The position numbers were made by a program, and so were the translations under genes. 64,000 nt of DNA from assembly GCF_008831285.2 (NCBI RefSeq), contig NC_045138.2, positions 28,892,001 through 28,956,000 on the forward strand, read 5' to 3'. The stretch comes from Nymphaea colorata. Lineage: Eukaryota. The notes below the pieces were generated by a model, which was not told the DNA's origin, did not search any database, and saw only the letters and a program-made list of their open reading frames with translations. Positions 1 through 12,448 of the stretch are shown here, piece by piece (the stretch's first letter is position 1; each line of letters opens with the position of its first letter).

Positions 1-453
1 TAGCTTTTGTTACAGGAGAGTGTTTAATTTCATTTGTTCACCAAAGGCATTTAGAAGCACGAAAAGAATGACCAGTGATAAGCGTGGCTTCGTTCAAGCG
101 GGTTTCAATGGGTCCGGAATAAGTCCATTTGGCATTTTAAAGAGCTCGTTTGAACTTACGCAATGGGCCGGCTTTGTAAGACAAAAGAAGCAAACAACTG
201 GTCAAACTCAAACTTCTGTGGGCCTTAGGCGCTGGTAGCTGAAGTTCAATGGTTAAAGTACTAAAATTTCAGATTCATTCTTTGTTTCATGCAATTGATC
301 TAAGGCATCATGCAAATTTATGTGGTTAACAAGCCCTTCGAACTTGAGTGATCGTCTTGCATCGACATTCGATCTGTTACCTGCAGGTACGCGCGTGTTG
401 GTGTTCAGTGTTATACATGAATATGTGTTTTTATGTATTTAAACAGGTGGCTT

Positions 454-576
454 GCATGCAGAGTGCTTGCAGGAAGCATGTGTGAGTGCGTGCATGCAGA
501 GTCCATGCAGGAAGCGTGTGTGTGAGTGCGTGCATGCAGAGTCCATGCAGGAAGCGTGTGTGTGAGTGCGTGCATG
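454..576. repeat. Minisatellite, about 3 copies of a 38-40 bp unit
   Basis: Unit GCATGCAGAGTCCATGCAGGAAGCGTGTGTGTGAGTGCGT is identical at 492-531 and 532-571, with a 38-bp variant at 454-491. Confidence 0.95.
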
Positions 577-715
577 AGCACCTGTGGTTGTGTCAAATGA
601 ATTCGGTTGAAAACCATATTTCATCTTCTAATTAATGAAGAAAGACAGAGTTTGTGTGCAGGTGTATGGTGCGCATGTGGCTCCATGCGCTGAATGGTTA
701 TATATTAAGGAAGTT

Positions 716-878
716 GTGGCAGAGCTAGAGAACTCTGGCTAAGGGGAGTGCTACTTATAAAATTCTAAAGTTTTAATGTGCATCAATATAATTACTTTCA
801 ACTATTAATATGAAAATAACCATTTTTCTTGGTTTGTGTGGACAATTGCCCACACAGTTTCTACACCTGTCTCCGCCC
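716..878. mobile_element. Degenerate MITE (GGCGGAGC-type termini)
   Basis: GTGGCAGAGC ... GTCTCCGCCC imperfect terminal inverted repeats around an AT-rich core. The subterminal GTGTGGACAATTGCCCACAC motif recurs near 6030, 18255, 21750 and 63925. Confidence 0.55.
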
Positions 879-3479
879 TTGCCAAGAAGCACAAACACTT
901 GTGTGGCTGGGTGGGCCGTGTTTTCCTTTCTTCCTTTTCCCTTTTTCGCTCCTTAAATGCGTTGCATCGAACTTTTTTGCTTTGTTTAGCTTAGGCCCAA
1001 CAGCAAACTTTGGAAACAAGAACAAACAACTGGCACTCGGACACTTTCTGTTTAGAGAAGGTTAAGCTATTTCAACCCAGAAGTTCAAGTACCATCGCGT
1101 TCAATCACAACCCAATAATGTAGCAAGTACTGTGATGGCCTTTCATTAAACAGTATTTTTATAGAAGGTGGAACGTACTCTTATCAAATGGTAAAGCACT
1201 AGATTTGGTCTCCTCTCTGTATAATCTGCTTGATCAGCTCATTTACCATGCATCCTTTGGAGATTACCCAAGAAGAAGCAGATGCAACATTATTATCAGG
1301 GCCACAACTCCATCCATATTCATCAACGCATGCAGATCAACATGCCCCCGAAGAATATCATAACGCGAGTCCATGACATGACAACTCATTCTGGAGAGTG
1401 AGGATGGTGCACGCAACAGATATGCACCGGGAAGAAAGAAGTAGTAAAAGTTGCGTGCGCCGTTATGCATGCACAACTTATGCGTGCATTAAAGGGATAA
1501 TATTTTTGTAATTTAAAAATAAAGCATGTCATTTGGAATAATTTCACTTAGTGATTTTCATTTTTATCTTACCAAAAAACATGTCTCTTTTATGTGAATG
1601 AGGGGTTCTTTTGTCATTAACCTTTGTGGACCAAGTATGCTCATATAACCAACTTCAGAAAAAAAGGGGGAGAATTACAGTATTTTGGGGATTCTTTTTA
1701 AAAAGAAATGTCATTTTTTGAATTTTAGCCTTTTTACTGCCATTTTTTATCCTTTGTAAGGGACTCTTCTTTTTCATTGACCGGAAGGGTATTCTGATCA
1801 TTGTACAACCAACTTGGCTCATTCTATACTTCTAATTTCCCAAAGGCCAAAGAAGACGACATCTCACATGAAAAAAAAGAAAAAAACATTATAAAGAAAT
1901 CCCAAGTTGCCGATCACTTTCTTCTGTATTCTGTATGCCCCTTTCATTCTTAATGAAGACCTGATCTTGTTGTAGCCTTCAGGCAATGGTGGGTGGACTC
2001 AGACGCCCGCCCCTTCTCTTCTCTCAAGAGAAAAAGTGTGAGCACGCCAGTCATGGTGATACAGACATAAAGCCCATAGAGCAGAGATATTCCCAACGGG
2101 TCCTTAAATGGGTGGCTCCCCACTTCACCTAATATGCAAGTTATTGATCAACAGCGACTGACCATATAATGTTAGGCACCAGCAATATATGTTATAAACT
2201 GATCACATATATAAATGGGTGCATTGGTGCCAAGTGATTGAGTTCAATGATGTTATTTGTTATTATTAATATTTTTTTTGTAGTTTATTTGGTTATGAAG
2301 TGAACCACCTGTACAGGGCAGTTGGGATGGATTCAAAGTCTCAGTCATCCCACTGGCGGCAGGGGCATTTGATTGCTTCGGATCTTAGATCAGAGTCTGA
2401 TTTTTAACGGTGGTCGCCTCTATCTGAAATCCAAAACTGTAGATTTGAAAGTTAGGCATTTAAAATTTTAGATATTCCTAGATTCACGAACCAAAATAAT
2501 ATCACCAAACATATGGTCCCTGCACATTTCAAATAATACAAGATTTCAAATTTTGGTTAGAAATTAAGAATCTTAAATCTTGGGATATAAGACCTTATAT
2601 CACCTTGTTAGAAGCTTGCTTCGTCTAATTAATAGAAGGAAATTTGAACTGCAACAAATCAAATATAGCCCCAAGAGAACCAAGGTATATATTGAACTCC
2701 AGATCTCGATCCCTGGTTCCTTTTGGGGAGAATTTATGGGCAAAGTTTGGTCTTTCTAAGATCATAATAAGAAGAAGATTATGGATTTAGAAGATGCAGT
2801 GGAATCTTTCTAATCGAATTAAGGTTAACATGATCAGTAGCTATCTGGTACATGTATACCTTTAGAAAGCATCAAGTTGACCTGGCGACTCACAAGTTGA
2901 CTTCTAAACATCGAGTCTCCAATTACCAGGATTTAAAACCTTGATTTTTGCAGCTTATTAGCTGTTTCTCTATTTATTTGCATTGTCTCCTCCCCACATA
3001 CTGCATGTAAACATACTGTATTCAATCATCTTACTGATCATTTTAATGTTGTTTTCTTTCTCTTAGCAATTTTACTACCATTCTTTTGATATTCTTTTCC
3101 TACAACAATTGCTTTATGAACCTATCTTTCTTAAGTGAACTTTTTGACACTTGCCTTCCTGAATTTGCTTTCAATCTCATGTCTTGTATCTATTCGGCAT
3201 GCATCTTGTGACAACGGATAACCTTTGGATCCGCAGTTCTTCTACAATAAAAATTTTTTTATAACTTATTCCATTGTTGATAAACAGCAGAGCTTGTCCA
3301 AACTAACATTCCTATCCACAAAAAACTCCACCCAAAAAGAAATAAGAAGAAGGAAATTGAAGTGAAGAAATTCAAAAGGGGAGAGGATAAGCACTATCAA
3401 GAGCCTACAGTGCCAAAACCTGTGGGAGAGCCCCTGATTTATTGCATGAAAGTAGCTTGGCTTAGAAAACGATATGCTC

Positions 3480-3515
<36 letters not shown>

Positions 3516-4100
3516 TTTCCTGGTCTACTAATTTTAGTTGGCCACTGCAAGCTGAGAGCGAATAGTGTATATCCAATTAATCTATAATAATCAATCACCA
3601 TATATATCATCCATCGCATTTGATGGAGATTCTATCCCGACGGCCCGCTCATGGTTCCCACGTGAGGTGCTCACTACTTCAAGCTAAGTGCGTGTCAACG
3701 ATATATAATTTGTTAATAAAATGATCATAATTGTCGCTAAAGGCACCATAAACCATTGCCCATCCGGCCATCTGGCAAGACTGAAAATTGTATTTTCATT
3801 AACAAAAAATGGGTGACAAGATGTGACCAAGTTTAAGAGACAAGCAGATGTGCTGATTAATTTAACCGGCTGGAATCATCCCCATTTCTGTAAATCTCCA
3901 GAAATATGCTCTAGAACAAAGTGTTTTCCGAGGAAAGAAAATTCCTCTCTTTGCCTTAAAAGAAAGGCCCTCCATTTCAATCATGTTGAGAACACAAGTA
4001 GGTTCATTTTATTTATTTTTTCCGGTGGAAGAAGTTCTCAAACAGGTTTGGAAAATATGGAGCTGAGAAAGATTCAGTCTCTACATCTTTTAGATGGTAC

Positions 4101-4630
4101 TAAGGACGTAGATGGATTTGATTCAGATCACATGTTTAGTTGAACCGCTTTAAACAAGTCGGAGGTGAAACAAACTTAGCATCCAATTAAGAAATCAAAT
4201 CAGATTCAGTTTTAAGAATGACATATTGTACCTGATTCGAATTCGAGTTCTATTTTACACAAAGGTTAGATTAAATAACAAACATCAATATAGCCACTTA
4301 AGTTTTCCTGGATGCAATGTGGAAGTTGGTTCCCAACATTATAATGCGCGTAAAATAAATAAATGGTGGATCAAAGAACAACAAGCTTCAATATGGCCAC
4401 TTAAGTTCTCCTAGATGCAATACCTATACATCTTAACATATATATTATAATGTGGATATTTTACCAATTTGATTCGAGAATTGGAATGGGATATTTCATT
4501 CGTGAGCTTACAAGTAGGAATCAAATATGATACAATTTTTTCATGTAAATTGGACTTTGAATATTTCAACATCTTATAAATCCGACATGTAAAAGATGCG
4601 CACGATTCAAATCTGATCTTGACGTCCCTG
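4101..4630. mobile_element. Degenerate non-autonomous element rich in ATCCGA/TCGGAT-like motifs
   Basis: Ends TAAGGACGTAGATGGATTTG ... ATCTGATCTTGACGTCCCTG resemble those of 17407-17849. Contains an internal 31-bp direct repeat (4288 and 4391). Confidence 0.45.
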
Positions 4631-5113
4631 GCTAATTGTTTTAACTCGGTGAGAGATGTTCTTTTCGTATGTCGAACTCTAGACCTTCCTCAACTCGGAC
4701 ATTTGTAAACAACAGTCTTAACCAAGTGTCCGGAACCCTAATTACTGCCCAGTGGCCGGATGAATTGTCTATGAGCGATATGGCTGGTGCATAACCACGC
4801 TAGGGAGGGCACGGGTCACTGTCCATCACATCCAGCACATCAATCAGCGGGGCGAGACAAATGCTACCAAGTGGGCCATTCCATTTGACGAGCCGTGTTG
4901 ATGGTTGTTATTGATCAACTGGGCTGTACTAGATCAGGTCACCTAATCTAAGATGGTGATCAGTATAAAAACGATTCATTAATTTCCTATGGAAACAAGT
5001 CATTTTTATGATCACCAACACAGCTTGTTTCAAAAATTATTGCGGAACAAATGCATCATGGAGTTTGAATACAGTTAAGAAGTCAGATGTTGCTTGTTAT
5101 TAGATGCTAAATT

Positions 5114-5314
5114 CCTCTAATAGACATAGTATAATTGGTCGGATTGAGGGGTGTGCTGTCGAGTTTGTGGGGGTTATTCTTTTGAATTGTAAACAGTAGC
5201 ATGCACGGCACTTGAGTTGAATGGTGTATTGTAAGGCCACACACGTCCTGAAGCAGCTCTAGGCCGCAAGAGCAAAAGAAAGGAAGAAGACTGTAGCCTC
5301 TCACCCACCCGAAG
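5114..5314 (+). mobile_element. SINE-like insertion flanked by a 15-bp target-site duplication
   Basis: ATTAGATGCTAAATT occurs exactly at 5099-5113 and 5315-5329. The 5' part has a pol III box-A-like TAGTATAATTGG and resembles the sequence near 40558. Confidence 0.55.
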
Positions 5315-6073
5315 ATTAGATGCTAAATTGACTATTCTTTTCTTGCGTTTTACCATCAAAATGATGAAAAAAGGTAGACAAAAAAAATTATGGGAAAATG
5401 GAAGTTAAATAAACTTCACAAGTTATGTAATTTTTAATTTCTGACTTGATAACAAGGACAGAACATAAAGCACATTATTGGCTTTAGTTTAATTAAGGCA
5501 TGACCTTTGTCTTTTCCTTTAATCAATATTCCTTTGATGTAATCATATATAACAAAATACACAACCCATTGCCAGTTGATAAATCATAGAATAAGGATGA
5601 ATAATTGAGAAATGGGAGGTTGATGCGAAGTGGGCGCAACTTAAGAAATCTGAGAGTTTGAAAGGGCGAAGGTAAGCGCGTGTTGAAGGTCAGCAACAAG
5701 GAGTTAATTGCGCGAGAGAGACCCTTCATAATGAGGGCTACTGCTCCATTGCCCCCTATTTATTTGCGTCCCTTTCTCCTCTCCCTTTTTTCCCTTCTCC
5801 TCTCAGCTGCCCCTCCAACTTGTGACGTATACTGGCGATGACCCTCTTAAGAAGCAGCGCATACTTATCTTCTTCCGGTAACCTATAAACCCTAAACCCT
5901 AAGTGTGTATATATATATATATATATAAATAGGTGGGAACGCATTTAAGCGAAAGCGCATGCATGCATTCGAGCACATATGTATAGCATGCATCTAAAAA
6001 GATACAGTAGCCGAGATATGTGTGGGCTGGTGTGGGTGATTGCCCATGCCAGCCAACAGCAGTCCTTGAAAAA

Positions 6074-6230
6074 TTTTATTAGGAAGAAGCTGAACTTGGG
6101 TTCACCTAGATGTAGTGCCCAACACTAAACTCACGTCAATGCCCATTAGACACTTTTATTAGGAAGAAGCTGAACTTGGGTTCACCCAAACATAACACCC
6201 ACACCAGACTCACGTCAATGTCCATTGAGG
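6074..6230. repeat. Tandem duplication, period 80 bp
   Basis: TTTTATTAGGAAGAAGCTGAACTTGGGTTCACC at 6074 and 6154; ACTCACGTCAATG is present in both copies. Confidence 0.9.
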
Positions 6231-6895
6231 CACCAAACTCACTAAAGCAACTGCCCTTATGTCATTATGTATGAGTGGATGTAGACATGGGTGCATTCGT
6301 AGGTGCGCATATAATACAGATTCACAAGCGTAATAAGTTAACATTCATTACTTACTCACATGAATGCAAATGCACAAGTGCGTGCGTGCATGGGCGACTA
6401 ACATATGAATGTATATCGACCTTGAGACAGAGAGAGAGAGATGGTGCACACTTAAAGTTATTATCTTCCTAGATCTGACACTCATCCATGGAAGATAACT
6501 GGTGCTGTATTTTCTGTAGAAGCTTGTCAATATCCAATCTTAGAAGTGTCATTTGGTGTTCATATGTGATATCCTACAAGCTGTCACTGTAAAAGTTGAA
6601 ACTTTTACATCCTTTTCTCTCTGTTGTCATTTGAATGAGATTCTTTTGACAAAAAGTTACATGCACCGGGTGCACCTTGTGTTGTGTAGTAAAGGAAGGA
6701 CATTTTGATAATTTATTAAAAAGAAATGCTCTATATAGTTTTTTTTTTATTTTTTTATTTTCAATTTTGTCTTAAAAAAAAAATTTATTTTCTAGTGTAA
6801 ACTAAGATTATTTTAGTCATAAACCAGTAGAAGGCATATAACCAAGTTCTTTTTTTTTTTACCTCTTTTGTTTGTCAGCTGAATTAGGATACTGT

Positions 6896-6899
<4 letters not shown>

Positions 6900-6986
<87 letters not shown>
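6900..6986. repeat. Compound microsatellite (CT)14(AT)14(AG)15 forming a perfect palindrome
   Basis: Read directly from the sequence. Confidence 0.95.
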
Positions 6987-6988
<2 letters not shown>

Positions 6989-7120
6989 TAGTCCGAACTG
7001 TCAGGTTACTTTCAATTGTATGGTCCCCAACTTCTTTTTCTGCCAATGGGCGTCAATACCACCTTGTTTCCACCACCAGCATTCTGCCGCCCGAGGGCGG
7101 TCGCCTTGGGAAAGATGGAG

Positions 7121-7155
<35 letters not shown>

Positions 7156-9561
7156 TTAAGCTCAAATTATAAGCGAGAAGTCCTTGTAGTGCAGGAATCA
7201 AAGCCATGACGTAGACAAGACAGCTAATTATACAAAGCCAGCTACGTGACCATATGAGATGTTATGCATCAAAGAGAGCTTTTAGAGTTCATCCCCTCTG
7301 TGCTCTACAGACACAGTAGCTAAGAGTTTATTTTAGATTACATGTTTCTGTAGGAGAAGAAGAAAAGACTACGTCGACATGGGAGTAAGGGGAAGAAAGT
7401 TAGGTGAGAGAAAGGGAGCTAACAACGTACGCAGAAATTAAAGGGACCGTAATACTGGCCTTACTAAAACCGAGTCATTATGCTCTTGAGAAAATGCAGG
7501 TTAGGTGGATGTAGTCATGTAGCTGTCGAGGGAAAAGGAGATAACCACATGTAAGCTAATCTTTGCATCATGTTTACCATGTTCAGTTAATTGAATTTCT
7601 TTATGCATTAAGGTTAAGGTGACTCCAAGTTGATACTTTTAGGCCTATGTGATTTCAGGAATCGTCAGCAGACTTTTCTTTTCCATGACTCCAAGTAGAA
7701 TCTTTCAAGATATTAGCAACAGTTGTACACTTTAATATAGTTGGTAAATTATGTCTTATATATCTCTTTACTTGCACATAAAAGGTAGCAATGAAAAGAA
7801 AAACATATGGTACTATGTGTTTCATAGGTGAAAACGTCGATCACACACAAACACAAACTTGGATTTCTCTGGCCAGGTTTTGGCTGGAGGGTATATATAT
7901 ATATATGCAGAGAGAGAGAGAGAGAGAGAGAGAAGGTAGCCCCTTTGAGTTGACAGCAACGGTTTTGATGAAATAAGATCGGGCTGTTGAAGTCGGTAGT
8001 ACTAGTATCCAGATTTTCAGGTGCCCATATGCTAAGAGGAGAGAGAGATAAAGAAAGAGAGAGGACGACACACTGTATAACCACAAGAAGTAATTACGAG
8101 GGGTCATGCCTTCGCCATCTGTTGAGTGCTTTATGAACCGATTTAATCTTACAAATTTGCTTTCCATAGCTTATTTAGTAAGAAATTTTCTTACATATGA
8201 TGTTTCAACATTGAGTTATACATGGCATTAAAGCATAAAAGCCAGCAAGCTAGAACATGCATCTAAAATGACTTGCATCACAGAAAGCCTTGATAGCCAC
8301 ACGAGCATAAACCATATGTAAATATAAAAAATTCATAATTGATTACATATATATGTATATATAACAACGCTTAATTAGCCTAATAGCAACAAATTAGAAA
8401 TCGCTAATCAGCGAGAGCTTCATCTCAGGATGTTGTAATGATAAATGACTCTATTGTTTGCACATTTGCACAATGAAATTAAAAAGATGAAGCAGAAGAA
8501 GAAGAAAGTTAAAATATTCAGGTTCTGGACAGTTCTTCATCATTCCAGATGAAAAAGGACTTCTTTCACGCAATCTACAACCTGCTGATTCTCTTTCTTA
8601 CCCAGTTTTTATTTTTTCTCGGAACAACTTTTAGCCATTATTTTCACTCTGTACGTGTCATGAAGATCGGAATCTTCAAAATTCTAGTACTATGAGCGAA
8701 CCAATTGCGTCATAAAAGATCCCATTCTTAACTGCTTGAACTGAATTAGGCCATTAAAAGTAGAATCATGACCTAAACATATAGACCTACAAGTCAACAA
8801 ACTTTTAATATCATGCTAATTTATATGAATTCGCAACGAATTCTCTTGAAGTTAAACTATCATTTGCTGGTGAGATCTACATATAGACGTTACCAAGTTT
8901 GCAGGACATTTATGAGGTCAAATCTCAAGGGCATGCATCCCTTACTGCAAGTCCGGCGCCGGTAATGATTTCCGGCTACCAATGAAGAAAAAAAGGCTGT
9001 ACCCAATAGAGAAGGTCCAATTTCACCAAACCAACTTGGTGGCTTTACCAACTTGGGTTCCTGTCACGATCTATTAAAACTAATGGTACAACGCTTTGAA
9101 TTAGATGAGCCTGCTCTGATTGTGCAGTTGGTGCCAAAGCTTCCCTCATTTCTCAAGCCTTTAAAGTCTTTCAAGATCAACCCATTAAATATAATCACCG
9201 CTCCTCCTTTTCGTCGTTTTCAAACACCATGGTGCTCGTACAGTTTTCAAATTTACGGCGGTGGATCACCTGCACAACCGGTGCCGTAATTTGCTAATGT
9301 CCATTTCACGATATTCCATTTCATATGTATGTTTCTTACTATGATTGCTAGCACAAGGTAAAATTCTTTGAAGCACTTTGAAATTTCCCAAACTTCTCAA
9401 GATCTTGCTAGTTTAATCTGTACTAGAGGAGAAAAACCAGTCACAGAAGCTCAAGCTAAGTAGAGTCACATGAGGTCCACATGCTATGAACACAATCTCG
9501 TACAAAGGATATTAACATGTCCATTTCCATTGGCCGGAGAAGGCGCCGGCCAGCCGGGAAT

Positions 9562-10236
9562 TCACCCGCTGCCGTACATTAGCATGTCTTGGTAACGCGC
9601 CTCTAGCATTGCCGTGCGTCTTTGCGAACGCAGTTGCTCGTGGAATCTGGCGATGAATTCCTCAGCTTCCTTGTCGACACGATGATCGTCGTCGTCTTCA
9701 TTTTTAAGGGGGAATGGGGAGTCTGTCACCCTCAAGGGGTATGGGGAGGCCATGGGACTTAGGGCATAGGCCGTCGATGACCATGATTCCCTGCCGGAAA
9801 AGCCGGAAGTCAGCATTTCTAGTGCTTTCTGGAAGGCGGCAGCCACGTGCTCGTCGTTGGAAGACTGAGGATATATACAAGAAAGGTAGTCATTTTGGTG
9901 GTGGCGGCGGCGGCTATGGTGGTTGCCGTAATGGGGTTTGCGCTTGTTGTTTCTGAAAGGGAAGGTGTAGGCAGGGGTGTTACTGCAGCTGTACTCGTAC
10001 TCACCGGGGGCGTAAGGGACAACACTAACGCCGCCGGAGCGGCAACTGAGGTCGGAATAGTGGTTGGACATGAGATTTCCAATGGCTTTTCCGGCGTGCT
10101 TGCCCTTCTTCATCATGTCGTGGAGGTCGACCATGAACTTCCGCTTGGAGAAGCCTTTCCTTAGCACATAAAGGACTACCTTTGCTATGTGAGCACAAAG
10201 GCGTTTGGCGGATGCATGTGGGGACTTTTCTTCCAT
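9562..10236 (-). CDS. DUF761 (cotton fibre-expressed) domain protein, Avr9/Cf-9 rapidly elicited 146-like, intronless, 224 aa
   Basis: Family-typical blocks LRKGFSKRKFMVDLH, GKAIGNLM, EYEYSCSNTPAY and LRVTDSPFPL, plus the C-terminal DUF761 motif VDKEAEEFIARFHEQLRSQ. CT-rich 5' UTR and TATA-like element upstream. Confidence 0.93.
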   Translation of the reverse strand: MEEKSPHASAKRLCAHIAKVVLYVLRKGFSKRKFMVDLHDMMKKGKHAGKAIGNLMSNHYSDLSCRSGGVSVVPYAPGEYEYSCSNTPAYTFPFRNNKRKPHYGNHHSRRRHHQNDYLSCIYPQSSNDEHVAAAFQKALEMLTSGFSGRESWSSTAYALSPMASPYPLRVTDSPFPLKNEDDDDHRVDKEAEEFIARFHEQLRSQRRTAMLEARYQDMLMYGSG

Positions 10237-10356
10237 TTTAAAGAGAGAAAGAGAGAGAGGGAGAGAAAGAGAGGGAGAGAAGAAGAGAGAGATAAAAAGG
10301 GAGAGGCCTTAGAGGCTGGGTGTTTAGTGTGAGAAAGAAGGAAGAGGGAGGGCAGG

Positions 10357-10374
10357 TATTTAAAGGGTGGTCAA
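10357..10374 (-). promoter_or_regulatory. Putative TATA-like box and adjacent W-box of the DUF761 gene
   Basis: TTTAAATA (minus, 10357-10364) about 120 bp upstream of the ATG; TTGACC (minus, 10369-10374). Confidence 0.5.
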
Positions 10375-10512
10375 GTGGAATCCGTCCAGAAAAATGAAAA
10401 TAATATTAGTGAACAAGGTCCACAAGATTTTAGTTACTTGCTTTACGATTAATGGTTATAGAGATTATCATGTCTTGATGATGTCTTGATATTTTTAAAG
10501 TGGTGTCTTGCC

Positions 10513-10700
10513 GTAGAGACGGAACAAGGAATTTTTAGTTATAAGAGTCGAACTATAGCTTTTTCAAAATTTAAAGTTAAAAATATAATTTTTTTAATTG
10601 TTATATAAATTAAACTAAAGTTTATATATAAATTTTAGTTTTTTAAAAATCTGAAGGAGGGTCATGACCCCTTCCAGCTCTCCTTGCCTTTGCTCTTGTG
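10513..10700. mobile_element. Degenerate MITE
   Basis: GC-richer ends around an AT-rich core similar to about 11829-12005, 13113-13312 (inverted) and 32697-32830. Boundaries are approximate. Confidence 0.45.
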
Positions 10701-11373
10701 TGCCGGAAAAAGGATAAGAGGAGAAAGAAAAATGGTCGAGTAGCCATTTCATGATCGAAACTGGAAATTAAGCACTATCACCGTATTTTTTGAGTTTTTT
10801 TTTTTCTTACAGATCTTGAACAGGTCTGTATTGAATTTGCTTGGTTAAATTATATGTTGGTATGAGTGTCTCGCTCGTTCTCTCTCTGAAATTTTTTTAC
10901 CAGAACACGACTTTTCTTCTCCAACCTCAGAAAAGGACCATAAGAACATGATTTGAATACTAAAACTGGTTTAGAAACGCATCTTTGAAACCAACATCAG
11001 GCTTCTATAACTGGTTGCCGGCGGGGTGGACGGGATGGTACTGCCTCGTTTATTTACCGGTCAAGATGGTTGGCGAAGAAAGAGTACAGATAAAAGAATC
11101 AGGAAACTGCAACTTTTGGCTGCATGTCATTAAATGAATAGCCGGAAAACGGGCCGGTTGAACTTCGGTTTTATCTCATCCTTTTTACCATAAACTTGTG
11201 AAAAAATCTATGGCTTGTATCAAAGGAACGATCCTTTTGGAATTTGCAGTTGTTCAGCTCTTGAATGAAACTTTTCCAATTATTGGCGTTGATCATTAAT
11301 CTCATACTCCGCTACGTGTTCACTCCACGTAACGCGTCTCCAGCTTTCACATTCAATGATTGATCTGAGACGG

Positions 11374-11409
<36 letters not shown>

Positions 11410-12448
11410 CATATATTATAGAACGCGTTTGATGGTTGCGAGCAATTCCATTCCACGACTTCCCATAAACTTGTCTTCTTAAAGACTTCGCCGTCTTTCA
11501 CTGAGCTGGACTCTGGAAAAATCTCCATATCTTTCTCTCTCTCTCTAGAAGTTAGCATGTCTAAGCACGCTTTCTCTATATTGCTCATTTGATCTGATTT
11601 AATGTTAAGAGTATTGAGATTTTTCTCGAAATAACAGGAGTTTGTTAGGTTTCAGCACCTTTATTTTCTTAGTCAAATTTCCATCTCTTTCTCTCTCTAT
11701 CAAGCCAACCAGTGCGTAGTAGAGTTGGTCGAACCTCCAGCAGGTGAGCAACAAGACTTAGGTTTAGGTTTGATTGCCATGAAAATTACGTTCTCTTTAG
11801 TCATTGTTATATTGTTTTATTTATGCGCAGAGGCAGTTCTAATAAGTTTTTGTCACGAGGCCCAAACTGTAATTTCAAAATTTTAATAGAAACCGAAACA
11901 CTAATTTTCAAATTTTTTTATATAGGTAAAACTAAATTTTTTTTCCAAAATAATAAGTAAAATCCTGATTTTTTTAAAATCCCAAGGAAGCCCCTACCCC
12001 TACCCATGTATGGTGCAACTCAACCCCCTGTTTCTTAACTTCATAATTACTGATCTCATTTTGCTTTTTCTCATTTTTAATCTATTTTAACTATTAAACA
12101 GACTAAATAATTTAATAAAAAATGGACACTTGATAGTGATATATGTTGCATATGTATATCGAATATGTCAAAAAATATACAATATACAAAATGAAAAAAA
12201 GACTAAGCCAAATAAAAGAAAATTAAGATAAGCAGATGAGATACTAAGGGATGAGCATAAAATTCTACGAGCTTTCGGGACAAGGATTTCGGGCACCCCA
12301 GTCTTCTCCTCCCCCTCTTTCTCCCAGGTGGCAACTGTGCCAACTTTATCCTAATAAGTGTGGAGTTGGCTAGTTAAAGTGGAAACTATATTCATCTCCT
12401 ACAAATTGAGCATAAATATATTTTTGTGAGTAATCTTGCACGTATCGA

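Noticed and set aside
9714..10164. Overlapping ORFs 9714-9956, 9819-10082 and 9847-10164
   Set aside because: Shadow frames of the GC-rich DUF761 CDS.
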